64,000 bases of DNA from Saprolegnia diclina VS20. Taxonomy: Eukaryota. The position numbers and the translations under genes are program-made. The stretch is from positions 426,608 through 490,607 of the forward strand of contig NW_008246090.1 in NCBI RefSeq assembly GCF_000281045.1. The letters run 5' to 3'. This document shows, one piece after another, positions 25,813-38,454 of this stretch. The notes beneath the pieces are model-generated. The model saw nothing but the letters and a program-made list of their open reading frames with translations. It was not told where the DNA came from and did no database searches. The first letter of the stretch is position 1, and each line of letters starts with the position of its first letter.

Positions 25813-27632
25813 ATGACGTCGCTGCCGTCGCTCTGGGATGCGCGCCATTCGGCCAGCCAGCAGCGCCTGCACGCGTACGAGGTGCCGGTCAAGAGCTACG
25901 TCGAGGTCAAGATCGGCGGCCACCCGCTGGACCACAAGCACGCTGCGCCGTACCGGCCGGCGCTCGTCGTCTCGGCGCCCATGAAGATGGTGCCGAGAGG
26001 CGTCTCGCTCAACCAGTCACCGGCCTTTGGCGTGCACTACAAGGAGAAGATGCAGTACGTCGAGGTCAAGATTGGCGGCCACCGGTACGACCACAAGCGC
26101 TGCGTGTCGCTGGAAGCGTCGCTCGTCGGCTTTAACGACCAGCTCGCGACCATCGAGCGGGGCGCGCTCGGGTGCGCGCTCTGCCAGTCGTTCACGGACG
26201 ACCCGCTTGTCCAGCTCTACTGCCGCCACGCCGTCTGCGCGCCGTGTTTTGAGACCATGGCCATCAACGACCATGCAACGCGCGTCATGTGCGGCGTGTG
26301 CTTTCAGAAGGTTCCGTTTCTGCGCCCCGCGCACCAAGCCGCGGCCACGACAACGCACAAGTCGGTCAAGAGATCGCTCTCGCTTGAGACGGTGACGCTG
26401 GCCGCGGCGAGTGCCACCTTGGGCCACTATGGCCCGAAAGCAGTCCGCCGTATTAGCCATGCATTGCGCAGTATCTCGATCGGCACGCGTCTCACGAGCC
26501 CGCCCGAGACGAAACATGAGGTGGACGACGTCCAAGAGCTCGTCAACACGATCGTCGACATGGACGGCGCCACCCGCTGGGCGAACCGCGTCGCGTCGCT
26601 CCTCGAGCCGTCCAAGCTCCTCCGCTACGAGTACGTGCGGACGTTGGGCTCGGGCAACTTTTCCGAAGTCATGCTCATGAAGCGGTGCGCGTCCGCTGGG
26701 CCTCTTTGTCTGATGACGTATACAATAGACGATCGTCCCAAAAGCTCTGCGTCCTCAAGGAAAGCGACAAGCTCCAAGAGGCCATGAACGAAGTCAACTT
26801 GCTCTCCAAGCTGAAGAGTCCGCACATTGTGCGTCTCGACGGGTACTTTATCGAGCAGGTAAGCCTCGCACCTCTTTTGTCTAGACACGATGACAATATT
26901 GAGTTGTAGATTGGACATTTGCATTATGTCTACCTCGAGCTCGAGTACTGCAACAACGGCACACTGCACGATTACATTGCGAAACTCGTACGTCGTCTCG
27001 TTGTGTCTAGTTGATAGGACGTCCTATGACGCGTACTAGGACGGAACGCGCATGTCCGATGACGTCTTTGCACGCCTCTTTTTGCAGCTCTGCTCGGGTC
27101 TGACTGAGATTCACAAGCACGCGATCGTCCATCGCGACATCAAGCCCGAGAACCTCCTCCTCACCGTACGACGCATGCGGGCCTATGTATCTGAGCGCGT
27201 GACCTGTGCTAGAGCGACGGCGTCGTCAAGATCTCGGACTTTGGCGTCTCGACGTGTCTTGAGACCGCCCTTGTGACGCGTCATGCGGCCGGCACCATGG
27301 CCTTCATGGCGCCCGAGGTGCGACGGTATTTTTTCGGTGAGCCTGTCGTGTACGATTGGTCGGCCGACATTTGGTCGCTCGGCGCCGTCGCTGTCGCGTT
27401 TCTGTTGGGCACCAACGAGCCTCGTGTGGCCGTACGTCCTGGTACTTATTCGAATCCATCCCAGCAACTAAATCCATGTCTAGTCGACGAGGTAGTCGCC
27501 GACTTGGCGGCGCGCCACGTGCCAACGCCATACTTGCGTCTCGTTGCTGGCGCGCTGCAACCGGACCCGGCGCAGCGTGCGACGCTGCCGCAGCTCGCGT
27601 CGTGGATCACCGCGTCCTACTCGAAATTGTAA
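25813..27632 (+). CDS. RING finger + Ser/Thr protein kinase, spliced
   Basis: C3HC4 pattern CALC...CRHAVCAPC...CGVC; kinase motifs [29 protein letters not shown]. Alternative start at 25783. Confidence 0.85.
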
Positions 27633-27681
27633 GACCTGTTTACTAAAGACGTACAATATATATCTATTTCACAAGACAATA

Positions 27682-29056
27682 TTATGTCCACACCGTGACA
27701 ATATTGTCCCAGCCGCCGGTCGCTAACACGTGGGGGTACCGCGGATGGCACTGCACCGTCATGCACACGTTGGTGTGGGGACGCGCCGAGAAGAGGAGGC
27801 GCGGACGCTGCGCCTCGTAGACGTAAACGTGCCCGTGGACATCGCCAGACGCGAGAAGCGACCCCGTCGCGTTGAACGAGCAGTGAACACCGTAGCCTTG
27901 ACTCGTATGGCCTTCGTAGCGTCTCTACAGATAACAAAATATGGCTAACCTTGCAGCAAATGCACATGAACCGAACCTTGGAGAGTTTGAGAGTCCGTGT
28001 CGAGACGGTCGCAATGTAGTTGCCGTGCGACTGAAGCGCGAGATACGGCGCCGTCGGATGCACCTACACAATAGCTTTCACGACAGTCGTAGAGAGCGAA
28101 ATGTCACGTACGCTGATCGACGAGCATGTATAGCCTTGGCTGTAGATGCACTGTTTGACAAGCGCGCCCTACGCTGGATCAACAATCGACCAAGACTTCG
28201 AAGCGTACGCTGTCAAAGTCCCAGACGGCGACCGCCTTGTCCGCCGCACTTGTCTTGGTCACGGTGCTGGTCGAGAGAAACTGCGTGCGGCTGCGAGGCG
28301 AGGCCATATCGGGGAGAAAGGCCAGCGCATGGACCTCCCCGCACGTCTGCTGAAGCGCTCGGGCCGGCTGCCGGTCTCGCAGGTCCCAGCAGACGACGTG
28401 CCCAGCGTCGTCGCCGGCAAGAACGAGGTGCATGTCGCTGGGGTGCATGGCCAACGCTGTGAAGCGGTGCGTACCAGTATACGTGGCGCGGGCCTGCATC
28501 GTCTCGACATCGACGTGCACGAGGGTCCGGTCGTAGCTGGCGCTCACGAGGCTTTGCCTACGATGCAGGATCACGTTGGATGCGTCGAGAAAACATACGC
28601 GTACCCATCGAGCACCCATTGAACGTCCTTGATCGCGTCGGTATGCAGCCCGTCGAGCTGGCGCTTGCAGACGGCGCGAAACGCGTCGAAGATGTGCATG
28701 GTCGAGCTCATGCCGGCCGTGGCGAGGAGCGACGGGAAACGTGGGTTCCAGCGCACGCAGTTGATGCGGTATGAAGCACGCCAGCGCTGGAGCTCGCGAG
28801 ACGGGACAGTGGCGTCACTGACTGCGGCGGCTGGTGGTACCGTGCCAGCGTCCAACAACGTTGGCAGCGGCTCCGGATCCTTGGGCGCGGAGGATGGAGC
28901 GCGTGCGATGGCCCGCCGTTTGGGCTGGTAAGCGGCTGCATTGGGCGTCGGCAGTTTGATCGCATGCGCCAGCGACGACGCGGCCTTGCGCTTCAAGCGC
29001 GGTGGGCTCGGCGCGTAGTCCGAGGTCGCTGACTCGTATCCTTGGAGAAGGTCCAT
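27682..29056 (-). CDS. WD40 protein, WDR25-like, spliced
   Basis: MDLLQGYES start, INCVRWNP, IKDVQW, LVSASYD, VAVWDF, LATGGWDNIVTVWT*. Confidence 0.7.
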
Positions 29057-29498
29057 CGCGAATGGATTCAAGTGGTTTATCCGGATGTATCCGGATATGG
29101 TGCCACCACACCGCTGACGTGCAAACGACTCCTGCGAGCACTCGATACTAGTACCGGTCGTACGCGTGGACATAGTGTCATGTATAAATGGGCATATATG
29201 TTTGGCTCCGACATTTTCTTGTTGAGCCACTCTGTTTCAAATTATGAGCTTGATGCTGCAAGGACCCCAAACACACTTTTGCACCGCCGAGCTGAAAGGC
29301 GGAATCTAGAGACATGCACGGACGAAGGTGTCGATAAGCGGGCTACGAAGATGCAGCATCGCGTTGTAGGGGCGTTGGGCTAAAATAGCATGGCGATGTG
29401 CTCGCTTTCGACGGGAAGGCGCCGGCGAGATTGCGTCTCGCCAACGGCAGCACCGCCGAGAACGTATTGTTCGTGCATTTCAATTTTCAACTCGTCCG

Positions 29499-30122
29499 AT
29501 GCACTCCAGCCCCTTGACACTGTGGCTCCTCGCGGCGTTTGGGACGTCGACCGTCCACACTGCAAACGCCGGTGTCGTCCCACCCGAACGGTGCGCGCAG
29601 CTCTTTGTCGGTGGCTACGCCTATTGCGTCGCGAAAACCGGCGCCCTGTGCTCACCGAGCGCGTACGGTGCGTGCCCCGGGCCTCAACCGAACCTTACCT
29701 TTGGCTCGACGTGCACGAAGAATGTCGTCACGGGCCTGTACGCGTGCAATGCGCTCTCGACGTCGCTCGAATCCGGCTCGCTCGGTAGCAGCTCGGCGGA
29801 TGGACCCCCATGCGTCCTCGACCAGACGATCCCAGCACTGGAGAGCTGCGTCTTCCCGACGAGCGACGGCTGGACGTCTATTAGTGTTGTGGGCATGGAC
29901 TCGTACTGCACCCGCGCCAACGCAGCGGGCTACTGCTCGGCCAACATTCGCAACGGCGCGTGCCCCGTGGCGCAACCGGGGCTGCCGCGCGGATCCGAGT
30001 GCCAGCTCTTGGACAATGGCGTCTATGGTTGTGTCGCCCGGACGAGCTGCGTCACGGCACCCACCATGGCCCCCGTTGTGCCTTGCATCGCACTGCCTCC
30101 GATCAAGCTGGCTCCGAAATAG
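29499..30122 (+). CDS. Small secreted Cys-rich protein with two internal repeats
   Basis: Signal-peptide-like N-terminus; two copies of YC...CS...GACP..QP.L..GS.C...G.Y.C. Confidence 0.75.
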   Translation: MHSSPLTLWLLAAFGTSTVHTANAGVVPPERCAQLFVGGYAYCVAKTGALCSPSAYGACPGPQPNLTFGSTCTKNVVTGLYACNALSTSLESGSLGSSSADGPPCVLDQTIPALESCVFPTSDGWTSISVVGMDSYCTRANAAGYCSANIRNGACPVAQPGLPRGSECQLLDNGVYGCVARTSCVTAPTMAPVVPCIALPPIKLAPK

Positions 30123-30696
30123 TAGGTATTCTGCGACCAATGAAAAACCTTTTGCATGCACGCTCCGTTGAGTGCACGGAGGTGGACGTTGGTGACAACT
30201 TGGAAACAACAGCAACACCTGGCCGATTACCACAGTGTGTCGAAGCGCGCTGTGCCATTGCCACGTCATTGACCTGCCACGAGGTGGTACAACAACATAC
30301 TGCACCTCGCAGCCAAGGTGCAGAGTGGTTGCACCGTTCTCATGTATGTCGTCAAATACCAGGTCGAACCCAAATCCCCGAGGCAGTATTCCGGCCAGAA
30401 TCCCTTTGATACATATTGCGCCAATCAACTAAGCTTATGCAAGGGTATATAAGAGCATTAACAGTACTTGGACAAGTACTCTGGACTAATTCGATTGGCT
30501 TTTCTGACCCAGTGTGGAGAAGAGTGGCAGTTGCCTCCGTTGCAAGGCCGGTGTTTGTCCGTTGACGTACTACATGACGTCCAAATGATGCCACTTTGCA
30601 CAAATCTTGCCCACATTGCCCTTTCAAATGTTCACACAATAGTCGAATTCAATTCACAAAATACACGATCCACATCCTACAGTCTCGCCCTTTTCT

Positions 30697-32137
30697 TTAC
30701 ATCTTGGGCTTTTCAACGTCACCGTCGTCGTCGTCCACAAACGGACCGTCGAGGGTCTCGTCGTGATCAAACTCTTGGCCGCGCTTCTCGGGCCCGAGAA
30801 ACGTCAGCAGCGCCAGCGACCCGAGCACGATCGCCAAGAGGACTGCAATCACCTTGGCGTAGTCGTAGCGCTCGACACCCGCCTGTGTCTGCGGCAGCGG
30901 GTACACTTCGCTGAGCGACGCCTCGATGGTTGCCGCGGTCGCCGAGATGAGGTTGCCAAGCTGATACGAGGTGCCGACGATGAACGTCGAGTAGGACGGC
31001 GGCGAGAGCTCCATGAGGTGGATCGGGATGACACCCCAAGCGCCCATGACGAAGAACTGCATGCAGAAGGCGGCGGCAGTGATACCATGGTTGGTCGTAA
31101 AGCAGTATGGGTACAGAACGCAGGCCGCACCGACGGCGCACGCGAGGATGCTCAAGCGGCGGCCAAACACTTGCGAGTAGTAGCCCATAAAGGTGCCGCC
31201 GATGATCGCACCGAGGTTGGCGACCACCTGCGTCACCGTGACTTCATTCGCGCTGAACGAGAGCGTGTTCTTGAGCATCGTCGGGTACAGATCTTGCGAG
31301 CCGTGCGAGAGAAAGTTCATGGCAGTCATGAGCAAGACAAGGTAGCCGAGAAGCACCCACTGGCGCTGCAGCACGAGCTTGCCTTCCGAGACAAACGTCG
31401 ACGAGGCTGCCTCCGCGCGACGGAGGTGGCGCTCCGTGAACGCCTTGGTCTCCGGCAGCATCATGCGGAAGAGAATGATGAGGACCGGCGGACACGCGCC
31501 AAACCAAAAGAGCGGACGCCACCCATGGCTCGTCGTGTTGACAAATGCACGGGCAAAGACGACCGCGAGAAGGTACCCGAACGAGTAACCTTGTTGGAAG
31601 ATACCAGAGATGAGACCGCGAGCAGCCGCGGGGGCGTCTTCGAGGGCCGTCGCCGCGGCCATGCCCCACATCCCGCCCATCGCGACGCCGTAGAACGCGC
31701 GCACCCACATAAACTGCGTGAACGTGGTGCAAAAGCCCGTCGCGAGCTCGAGCACGATGAAGAGAATGTTGTTGATAACGAACGGCCACTTGCGGCCATA
31801 CCGATCAGCGGCGATGCCAAAGATGACAGAGCCGATCGGACGCAGCATGAGTGTGACCGAGATCCCCCACGTGATTTCCGTGTTGGTCTTGTGGAACTCC
31901 TTGGCGAGGTCCGAGAGGGTCATCGAGACGGTGAAGAAATCAAACGCGTCCCACGTCCAGGCCGCAAAACCGACGCCAAAGTTGAGCCACTGGAGCCGGT
32001 CGAGCGTCTTGAGGAGCGCAATGGGGTTGGGAACCGGCGCCATGGGCGGCTTGAGCGACGAGATGCGCGTGCCGAGGTACTCGGTGGCCGTCATCTTGGG
32101 CTGCATGGCCTTGAAGGGCACGACATCCGGGCTGCCC
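30697..32137 (-). CDS. Jen-family MFS carboxylate:H+ symporter, copy 1 (5' end in gap)
   Basis: DAFDFF, ADRYGRKWP, NFLSHGSQDLYPT (Jen NxxSHxSQDxxxT motif), YQLGN; close paralog of 34031-35518. Confidence 0.92.
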
Positions 32138-32732
32138 NNNNNNNNNNNNNNNNNNNNNNNNNNNNNNNNNNNNNNNNNNNNNNNNNNNNNNNNNNNNNNN
32201 NNNNNNNNNNNNNNNNNNNNNNNNNNNNNNNNNNNNNNNNNNNNNNNNNNNNNNNNNNNNNNNNNNNNNNNNNNNNNNNNNNNNNNNNNNNNNNNNNNNN
32301 NNNNNNNNNNNNNNNNNNNNNNNNNNNNNNNNNNNNNNNNNNNNNNNNNNNNNNNNNNNNNNNNNNNNNNNNNNNNNNNNNNNNNNNNNNNNNNNNNNNN
32401 NNNNNNNNNNNNNNNNNNNNNNNNNNNNNNNNNNNNNNNNNNNNNNNNNNNNNNNNNNNNNNNNNNNNNNNNNNNNNNNNNNNNNNNNNNNNNNNNNNNN
32501 NNNNNNNNNNNNNNNNNNNNNNNNNNNNNNNNNNNNNNNNNNNNNNNNNNNNNNNNNNNNNNNNNNNNNNNNNNNNNNNNNNNNNNNNNNNNNNNNNNNN
32601 NNNNNNNNNNNNNNNNNNNNNNNNNNNNNNNNNNNNNNNNNNNNNNNNNNNNNNNNNNNNNNNNNNNNNNNNNNNNNNNNNNNNNNNNNNNNNNNNNNNN
32701 NNNNNNNNNNNNNNNNNNNNNNNNNNNNNNNN
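32138..32732. other. Assembly gap (595 N)
   Basis: N run. Confidence 1.
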
Positions 32733-34030
32733 CGCGGGGCAAAGCTCCTTGGACCACAGTAGCCACCGTGAACGTTTTGTAGTAGCTACGGCGCATCGCC
32801 CGGTGATGTGAACGGATGCCGAGCTCCGACGGACCAGATGCGGCCACTCCGATCACGAATGTGCGACGCAGCCGGCACCCTCTTCGTCATCAAGGGTCCT
32901 TGGCCGTCGCCGCAAAGGCGTGTACGTTAACGTGTACGAAGCTTAGTAGACTGCTACACCCCAAAGAGGCTGTTCCAAATCAGATCCGACAAGGCAAGTG
33001 ACCCGACCAAGGCGGTAGAGGCAGTAGGAAAGTCGGACAGACGCGTCGAAGGGTCAGTGTTTGGGTGACGAAATGAAATTGGTGCACATCGCCAGTACTC
33101 TGGATATCACCAAACGGGTGCATCATCGCCGGCATGCATGGTCGACCGTCGCCGCCTACAAAAAAGGGCGTGGCAGCGTGTACGGCTGGAATGCACCGCA
33201 GGAACATCTGGTTCTGGCCGATGTCAATTGTGATGGGTGGGACTGACCCATCACCCAATCGGATGGGGATCACCTGTGGGTGGCGTTGCTACTAGCTTCT
33301 TGTCTTCGTCGCTTCACAGATCATCTTTGCGAGATTCTGCCCAAAGACCCCGCAGTAGTAGCTATAGCTTGCAGGGACACCAGTGACCAACTGTCGCGTC
33401 CCAAAGACAGCGACACGGAAGCCCACAGAACGTTTGCGAGTTCAATTTTTATGACGGAGGGGGAAAGGGTTGCACGACGAGGCGCGCATCATCTGCTGAG
33501 ATCGCGACGACGTCCCGGCACAGACTACGTAGATAGTTGCTCCAACCTCGAAGTTCGTCCCTTGTCCTGTTCGACCTGTAGTGCCCACACGCTACGTGGT
33601 CTTGATCGAACTCAGTACCCAAGATTAAGATTAATCCCATATCTCTCGCTCTCTCGCATCGCTCGCCGTGCACCACATGCTCTGCCTTGCCGGGCCTCGT
33701 CCGGACAGGCGACAGCGCGTCGACTCCAGCACTATACTATACGTGTGTACCTTCAAGTATGTACAGGCTTCTCGTGTGCGATAACGCTTTCGATGGGGAA
33801 GGGACGTAGCAGCCGCTCGGAACTTCAATTAGGTGCCACCTTGAAGCTGGTAGTATCATGGAAACGCCGTACAATTATCACATGTCCGACCGATCAAGGT
33901 CACACAGATCCAGTTCCAGCACATCAAGCCTGTCTTTGCTTCGACCAACGGTGGTGCAAGCGCAAGCCTCCGCCACAATTTCTCCAAAACCACCCTTCTC
34001 TATTTCCTCACTTTTCCTTTTGCTTCGTCC

Positions 34031-35518
34031 ATGGCATCGACGCCCAAGAACGACTATGCGGTGATCCAGACACCAACAAACAGCCCGGATGTCGTGCCTC
34101 TCAAGGCCACGCAGCCCAAGATGACAACCAAAGAGTACCTCGGCACGCGCGTCTCGTCGCTCAAGCCGCCCATGGCCCCCGTCGCCAACCCCATTGCGCT
34201 CCTCAAGACGCTCGACCGGCTCCAGTGGCTCAACTTTGGCGTCGGTTTTGCGGCCTGGACGTGGGACGCGTTTGATTTCTTCACCGTCTCGATGACGCTC
34301 TCGGACCTCGCCAAGGAGTTTGGCAAGAGCAACACGGACATTACGTGGGGGATCTCGATCACACTCATGCTGCGCTCGATCGGGTCCATCATCTTTGGGC
34401 TCGCCGCTGATCGGTACGGCCGCAAGTGGCCGTTTGTTGTCAACAACATTCTCTTCATCGTGCTCGAGCTCGCGACGGGCTTTTGCAACACGTTCACGCA
34501 GTTTATGTGGGTGCGCGCGCTGTACGGTATTGCCATGGGCGGGATGTGGGGCAACGCCGCGGCCACAGCTCTCGAAGACGCCCCGGCGCCGGCCCGCGGT
34601 CTCATCTCTGGTATCCTCCAACAAGGCTACGCATTCGGGTACCTTCTCGCGGTCGTCTTTGCCCGAGTGTTTGTCAACACAACGAGCCACGGGTGGCGGC
34701 CGCTCTTTTGGTTTGGCGCGTGTCCGCCGGTCCTCATCATTCTCTTCCGCATGATGCTGCCGGAGACCAAGGCGTTCACGGAGCGCCACCTCCGTCGCGC
34801 GGACGCAGCCTCGTCGACGTTTGTCTCGGAAGGCAAGCTCGTGCTGCAGCGCCAGTGGGTCCTTCTCAGCTACCTCGTCTTGCTCATGGCCGGCATGAAC
34901 TTTCTCTCGCACGGCTCGCAAGACCTGTACCCGACGATGCTCAAGAACACGCTCTCGTTCAGCGCGAATGAAGTCACGGTGACGCAGGTGGTCGCCAACC
35001 TCGGTGCGATCTCGGGTGGCACCTTCATGGGCTACTACTCGCAAGTGTTTGGCCGCCGCTTTAGCATCCTCGCGTGCGTCGTCGGTGCGGCCTGCGTTCT
35101 GTACCCATACTGCTTTACGAGAAGCCATAGCATCACCGCCGCCGCCTTCTTCATGCAGTTCTTCGTCCAGGGGGCGTGGGGCGTCATCCCGATCCACCTC
35201 ATGGAGCTCGCGCCGCCGTCCTACTCGACGTTCATCGTCGGCACCTCGTATCAGCTCGGCAATCTCATCTCGTCGACCGCGGCGACCATCGAGGCGTCGC
35301 TCAGCGAAGTGTACCCGCTGCCGCCGACACAGGCCGGCGTCGAGCGCTACGACTACGCCAAGGTGATTGCAGCGTTGCTGGCCATCGTGCTTGCGGTGCT
35401 GGCGCTGCTGACGCTCCTTGGGCCTGAGAAGCGCGGCCAAGAGTTTGATCACGACGAGACCCTCGACGAGCCGGTCGTTGGTGAAGACGAGCGCGACCTC
35501 GAGAAGCCCAAGATGTAA
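34031..35518 (+). CDS. Jen-family MFS carboxylate:H+ symporter, copy 2, intronless
   Basis: 495-aa ORF with the same Jen signature motifs. Confidence 0.93.
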   Translation: MASTPKNDYAVIQTPTNSPDVVPLKATQPKMTTKEYLGTRVSSLKPPMAPVANPIALLKTLDRLQWLNFGVGFAAWTWDAFDFFTVSMTLSDLAKEFGKSNTDITWGISITLMLRSIGSIIFGLAADRYGRKWPFVVNNILFIVLELATGFCNTFTQFMWVRALYGIAMGGMWGNAAATALEDAPAPARGLISGILQQGYAFGYLLAVVFARVFVNTTSHGWRPLFWFGACPPVLIILFRMMLPETKAFTERHLRRADAASSTFVSEGKLVLQRQWVLLSYLVLLMAGMNFLSHGSQDLYPTMLKNTLSFSANEVTVTQVVANLGAISGGTFMGYYSQVFGRRFSILACVVGAACVLYPYCFTRSHSITAAAFFMQFFVQGAWGVIPIHLMELAPPSYSTFIVGTSYQLGNLISSTAATIEASLSEVYPLPPTQAGVERYDYAKVIAALLAIVLAVLALLTLLGPEKRGQEFDHDETLDEPVVGEDERDLEKPKM

Positions 35519-35935
35519 TCGCATCGGACGACGATGGGACGTGGATGTGTGAATCTTGTATTTTGTGAATTGAATCTTGAATTTTTGGATGAATGGGATG
35601 GTGGCTTCTCTGCAGTGGTGCAAAGTGACGTTGAGAGCTGGCGAATAAGATGCTTCTTGACCGTTACTTGCACTAGAAATGGCACTGAAGCGCATATGGT
35701 TGAATATGGAATAAGGCTATGTGTGGGAGCAAAGACGTTTTTGAGTTCGCGAAGCTTGCACAAGTCGTTGCTTTTGCTTCGCTATATCCTGCCGTCTTCC
35801 TGCTGTGGGATAACAGACCAAGCCTATTTACTGATAACCGACCTAGCCTATTTAGTGCTGCGAGCTACTTGTGACGCTGCTGCGCGTTGAGGATGTCGAT
35901 ATTGTCGAGATGCATAATGTATGAAAGACAGGCGG

Positions 35936-36613
35936 TTACTGAAGTAGGGCATGGACCCACTCCAAGAATGCAGCCTTCTCCGTCGTCGCAATGTACTGCG
36001 CGCTTGCCTTCTCCAAGAGTGCAAAGCGGCGATCATCGGCGGCGACCACGAGCTCCTTGAGGCGCTTGCGCTGGGCGTCGGTCAAGTCAGCTTCAATAGC
36101 CGCAATGGCACCGACAATCGCGTCGACGCCGGCGACCGAGGCCGAAGTCGTCGCCGCATGCTCAACCTTGGCGCGCTTGGCGACGCCGGTTGACCCAAAT
36201 CCGCCTTCACCACGCGCAGTGTCGGAGAGCTCGTCGACTTCCTGCACGTCAGCTTGCGCGACAATGCGCTCGAGGATGAGCTGCGCGATGCGGTCGCCCG
36301 CCTTGACGTGGAAATCTTCGTTCGCGTGGTTGAAGAGGACGACGCCGACGTTGCCGCGGTAGTCTTCGTCAATGACGCCGGCGCCGACGTCGAGGTGGTT
36401 CTTCCACGAGAGGCCCGAGCGCGGTGCGACGCGGGCGTAGCAACCCGACGGGATCGCGATCGCAATGTCCGTCTTGACGAGCGCCTTGCCATGCGCCGGA
36501 ATTACGCACTCGTAGGCGCTAGCGAGGTCGAAGCCAGCAGCCAGCGCCGACCCGCGCGCCGGCAGCACCGCGGTCGCCGACAGCTTCTTCACGAGCAACG
36601 TCTCCCGACCCAT
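35936..36613 (-). CDS. DUT: Trimeric dUTPase with C-terminal extension
   Basis: All five motifs present: [39 protein letters not shown]. Confidence 0.95.
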   Translation of the reverse strand: MGRETLLVKKLSATAVLPARGSALAAGFDLASAYECVIPAHGKALVKTDIAIAIPSGCYARVAPRSGLSWKNHLDVGAGVIDEDYRGNVGVVLFNHANEDFHVKAGDRIAQLILERIVAQADVQEVDELSDTARGEGGFGSTGVAKRAKVEHAATTSASVAGVDAIVGAIAAIEADLTDAQRKRLKELVVAADDRRFALLEKASAQYIATTEKAAFLEWVHALLQ

Positions 36614-36644
36614 AACTAAAAATGGAGCCGATCCACCGGATCCT

Positions 36645-36669
36645 TCCGGATACATATTGCATATCCGGA
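36645..36669. promoter_or_regulatory. Candidate promoter motif TATCCGGA/TCCGGATA (inverted pair); also at 1499, 22021, 22115, 29078, 29088, 47527
   Basis: Recurs ~20-130 nt upstream of five predicted start codons. Confidence 0.5.
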
Positions 36670-38184
36670 TGCGGGCCGCGCGCCACAACCGGGTGGACTC
36701 GGACGGTGGACCGATCGGCATGCTTCCACAAGGTCTCTGTATCGACTACAAGACGAGGCCATGCGAATAAAGCTGTCGGCAAAAACGTCGATCGACCTTT
36801 ATCGTCAACGTCCGGCACTTGGCTGTGGTGTCATCGTTTGCCGAGTCGCTCAACGCGCTCGGCGATGACCCTTGGCGGGCGCTATGCGCTATGACTTCAT
36901 TGCCAGGGCGCCTCAACGTCGAGATGGCATGGCGTGTCGAGAAGGACATCCTCAACGAACTTGATGACCGCTCGCCAGACCGTGATCCCGCGGTCCAGCG
37001 GTACGCTCCTGCGAGTTGTTGCCGTTGTGACCTCGCCATCACCATACGACTGAGGCGCATTGCGTATTGAGGAAAAGAGCATGCGCACGGTCGTCGTCGC
37101 CTTCGTAGCGTCCACGATGGTGAGGAAGGACGCGTCGCGCAGCTTGGCAATACGTTTGGGCGCCGATGCAAAGTTCATCAAATCTGGAAATACCTTGCAT
37201 TGTGTCACTTCAACATGGCGCATGCCACGTTGTGTCGACTCACGGTGGCATGCAATCGTGGCATGTGCCAAGTTGTGTGATTCCTGCCAGTGCCACAGGC
37301 GACCGACCGGTATATTGCGGTGGCTTCAACTTGCCAGTGCCGACCAAAAAGGAAGCACCAGGGCATTGGGGCAGAAGAAAAGAGGCGCCAACAGCAACGA
37401 GACATCCCTCACCTTCGAAGATGATGGAAACTAAAATGGCTCTGGAATTTTGGGTGCTTTTGGTACTGCGTGAGGCTCCCAGCATGGAAATCCTTGGGAT
37501 AGCCATATCACAGACCACTGTTTTTTGCCGAATTGGGTACTGGTATGGGCAACATGAGTTCAACCGGGACACGCCGTGTCGCTCGAGCTAGCTCATGGAC
37601 GTCACAAGTGGATCTACATTTTGTACCGGACGCCATCGAGCATCGTGATGTTCCTTGCCAATATGTGCACAGCCCAAGATCGTGCTTTAGGCGGGACCGC
37701 AAGATGATTGGTCAATACTTCATTTATTTCAACCAATAGCATGTCGTGTACTTCGAGCCATGGCGCCACCTCCGATGCGCAGCATGCTCAGTCGGCCACC
37801 TTGCGGTCCGAAATGAAATCGCCGCCACTTGGCCTGGTGATTGCAATTCCTTTGGAGGGCACAAGATGCTGCTTTCCGTCGGCGTGCGACGAATACAGCG
37901 CGAGCAGTTGACCATTTTGCTAATAATGGCGTATGCCATATTATGACAGTATATGTGGCTATATATGGCATGTTTAGGTTGCCCTTGCAAGCCAACCAAG
38001 GCGACGCGCGCCGCAGAAGCACAAATGCAAGCGCCATTCCCTACGTTTCTTCCCATAATCCAGCCAATCAAAAGGAAGCTACTTACTTTGCCACACATGT
38101 CTCGATTCACGTCTTTTGATAATCAACAAAAACGGGAAACATTCGGTCGCTTGCATAGTTGTCAAGTTGCCACGTATCTGCGAG

Positions 38185-38454
38185 ATGGAAATGAAGAGCG
38201 ATGTCGATCGTACAGAGAACGCAACCCCGCTGCCGATTCCCAAGACTGCACGCGCTCCCCTCCAGTGTGCCGAGGATCGAGCCCCAGTGACGCAGGAGGA
38301 CACCAAGGACGCGATGCTCCGGGAGCTTCTCAGCCGCCCGATTGAAACTCCCCTACTTCCAATCGTACAACTCGACAAATTGCAGATTGAGAGGCTCGCG
38401 GAAGCGGTTAAACGCATCGAGGCCAAGCTAAATGCGCACAAGCAGAGTGACTAA
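38185..38454 (+). CDS. Short ORF 1 (89 aa) encoding only the FYVE-GAF C-terminal coiled-coil motif
   Basis: AMLRELLSRPIET...QIERLAEAVKRIEAKL versus TMLMDLLCRTTET...QIDKLADAVKRMEAKL. Confidence 0.6.
   Translation: MEMKSDVDRTENATPLPIPKTARAPLQCAEDRAPVTQEDTKDAMLRELLSRPIETPLLPIVQLDKLQIERLAEAVKRIEAKLNAHKQSD

Noticed and set aside
30697..32856. 719-aa ORF and other long ORFs spanning N runs
   Set aside because: Their length is an artefact of translating through the assembly gaps.
33231..33253. 8-bp hairpin TGATGGGT...ACCCATCA
   Set aside because: Short enough to arise by chance; no supporting context.
36720..37440. Possible small gene divergent from dUTPase
   Set aside because: Coding-like patches lie in different frames with no consistent gene model or motif.
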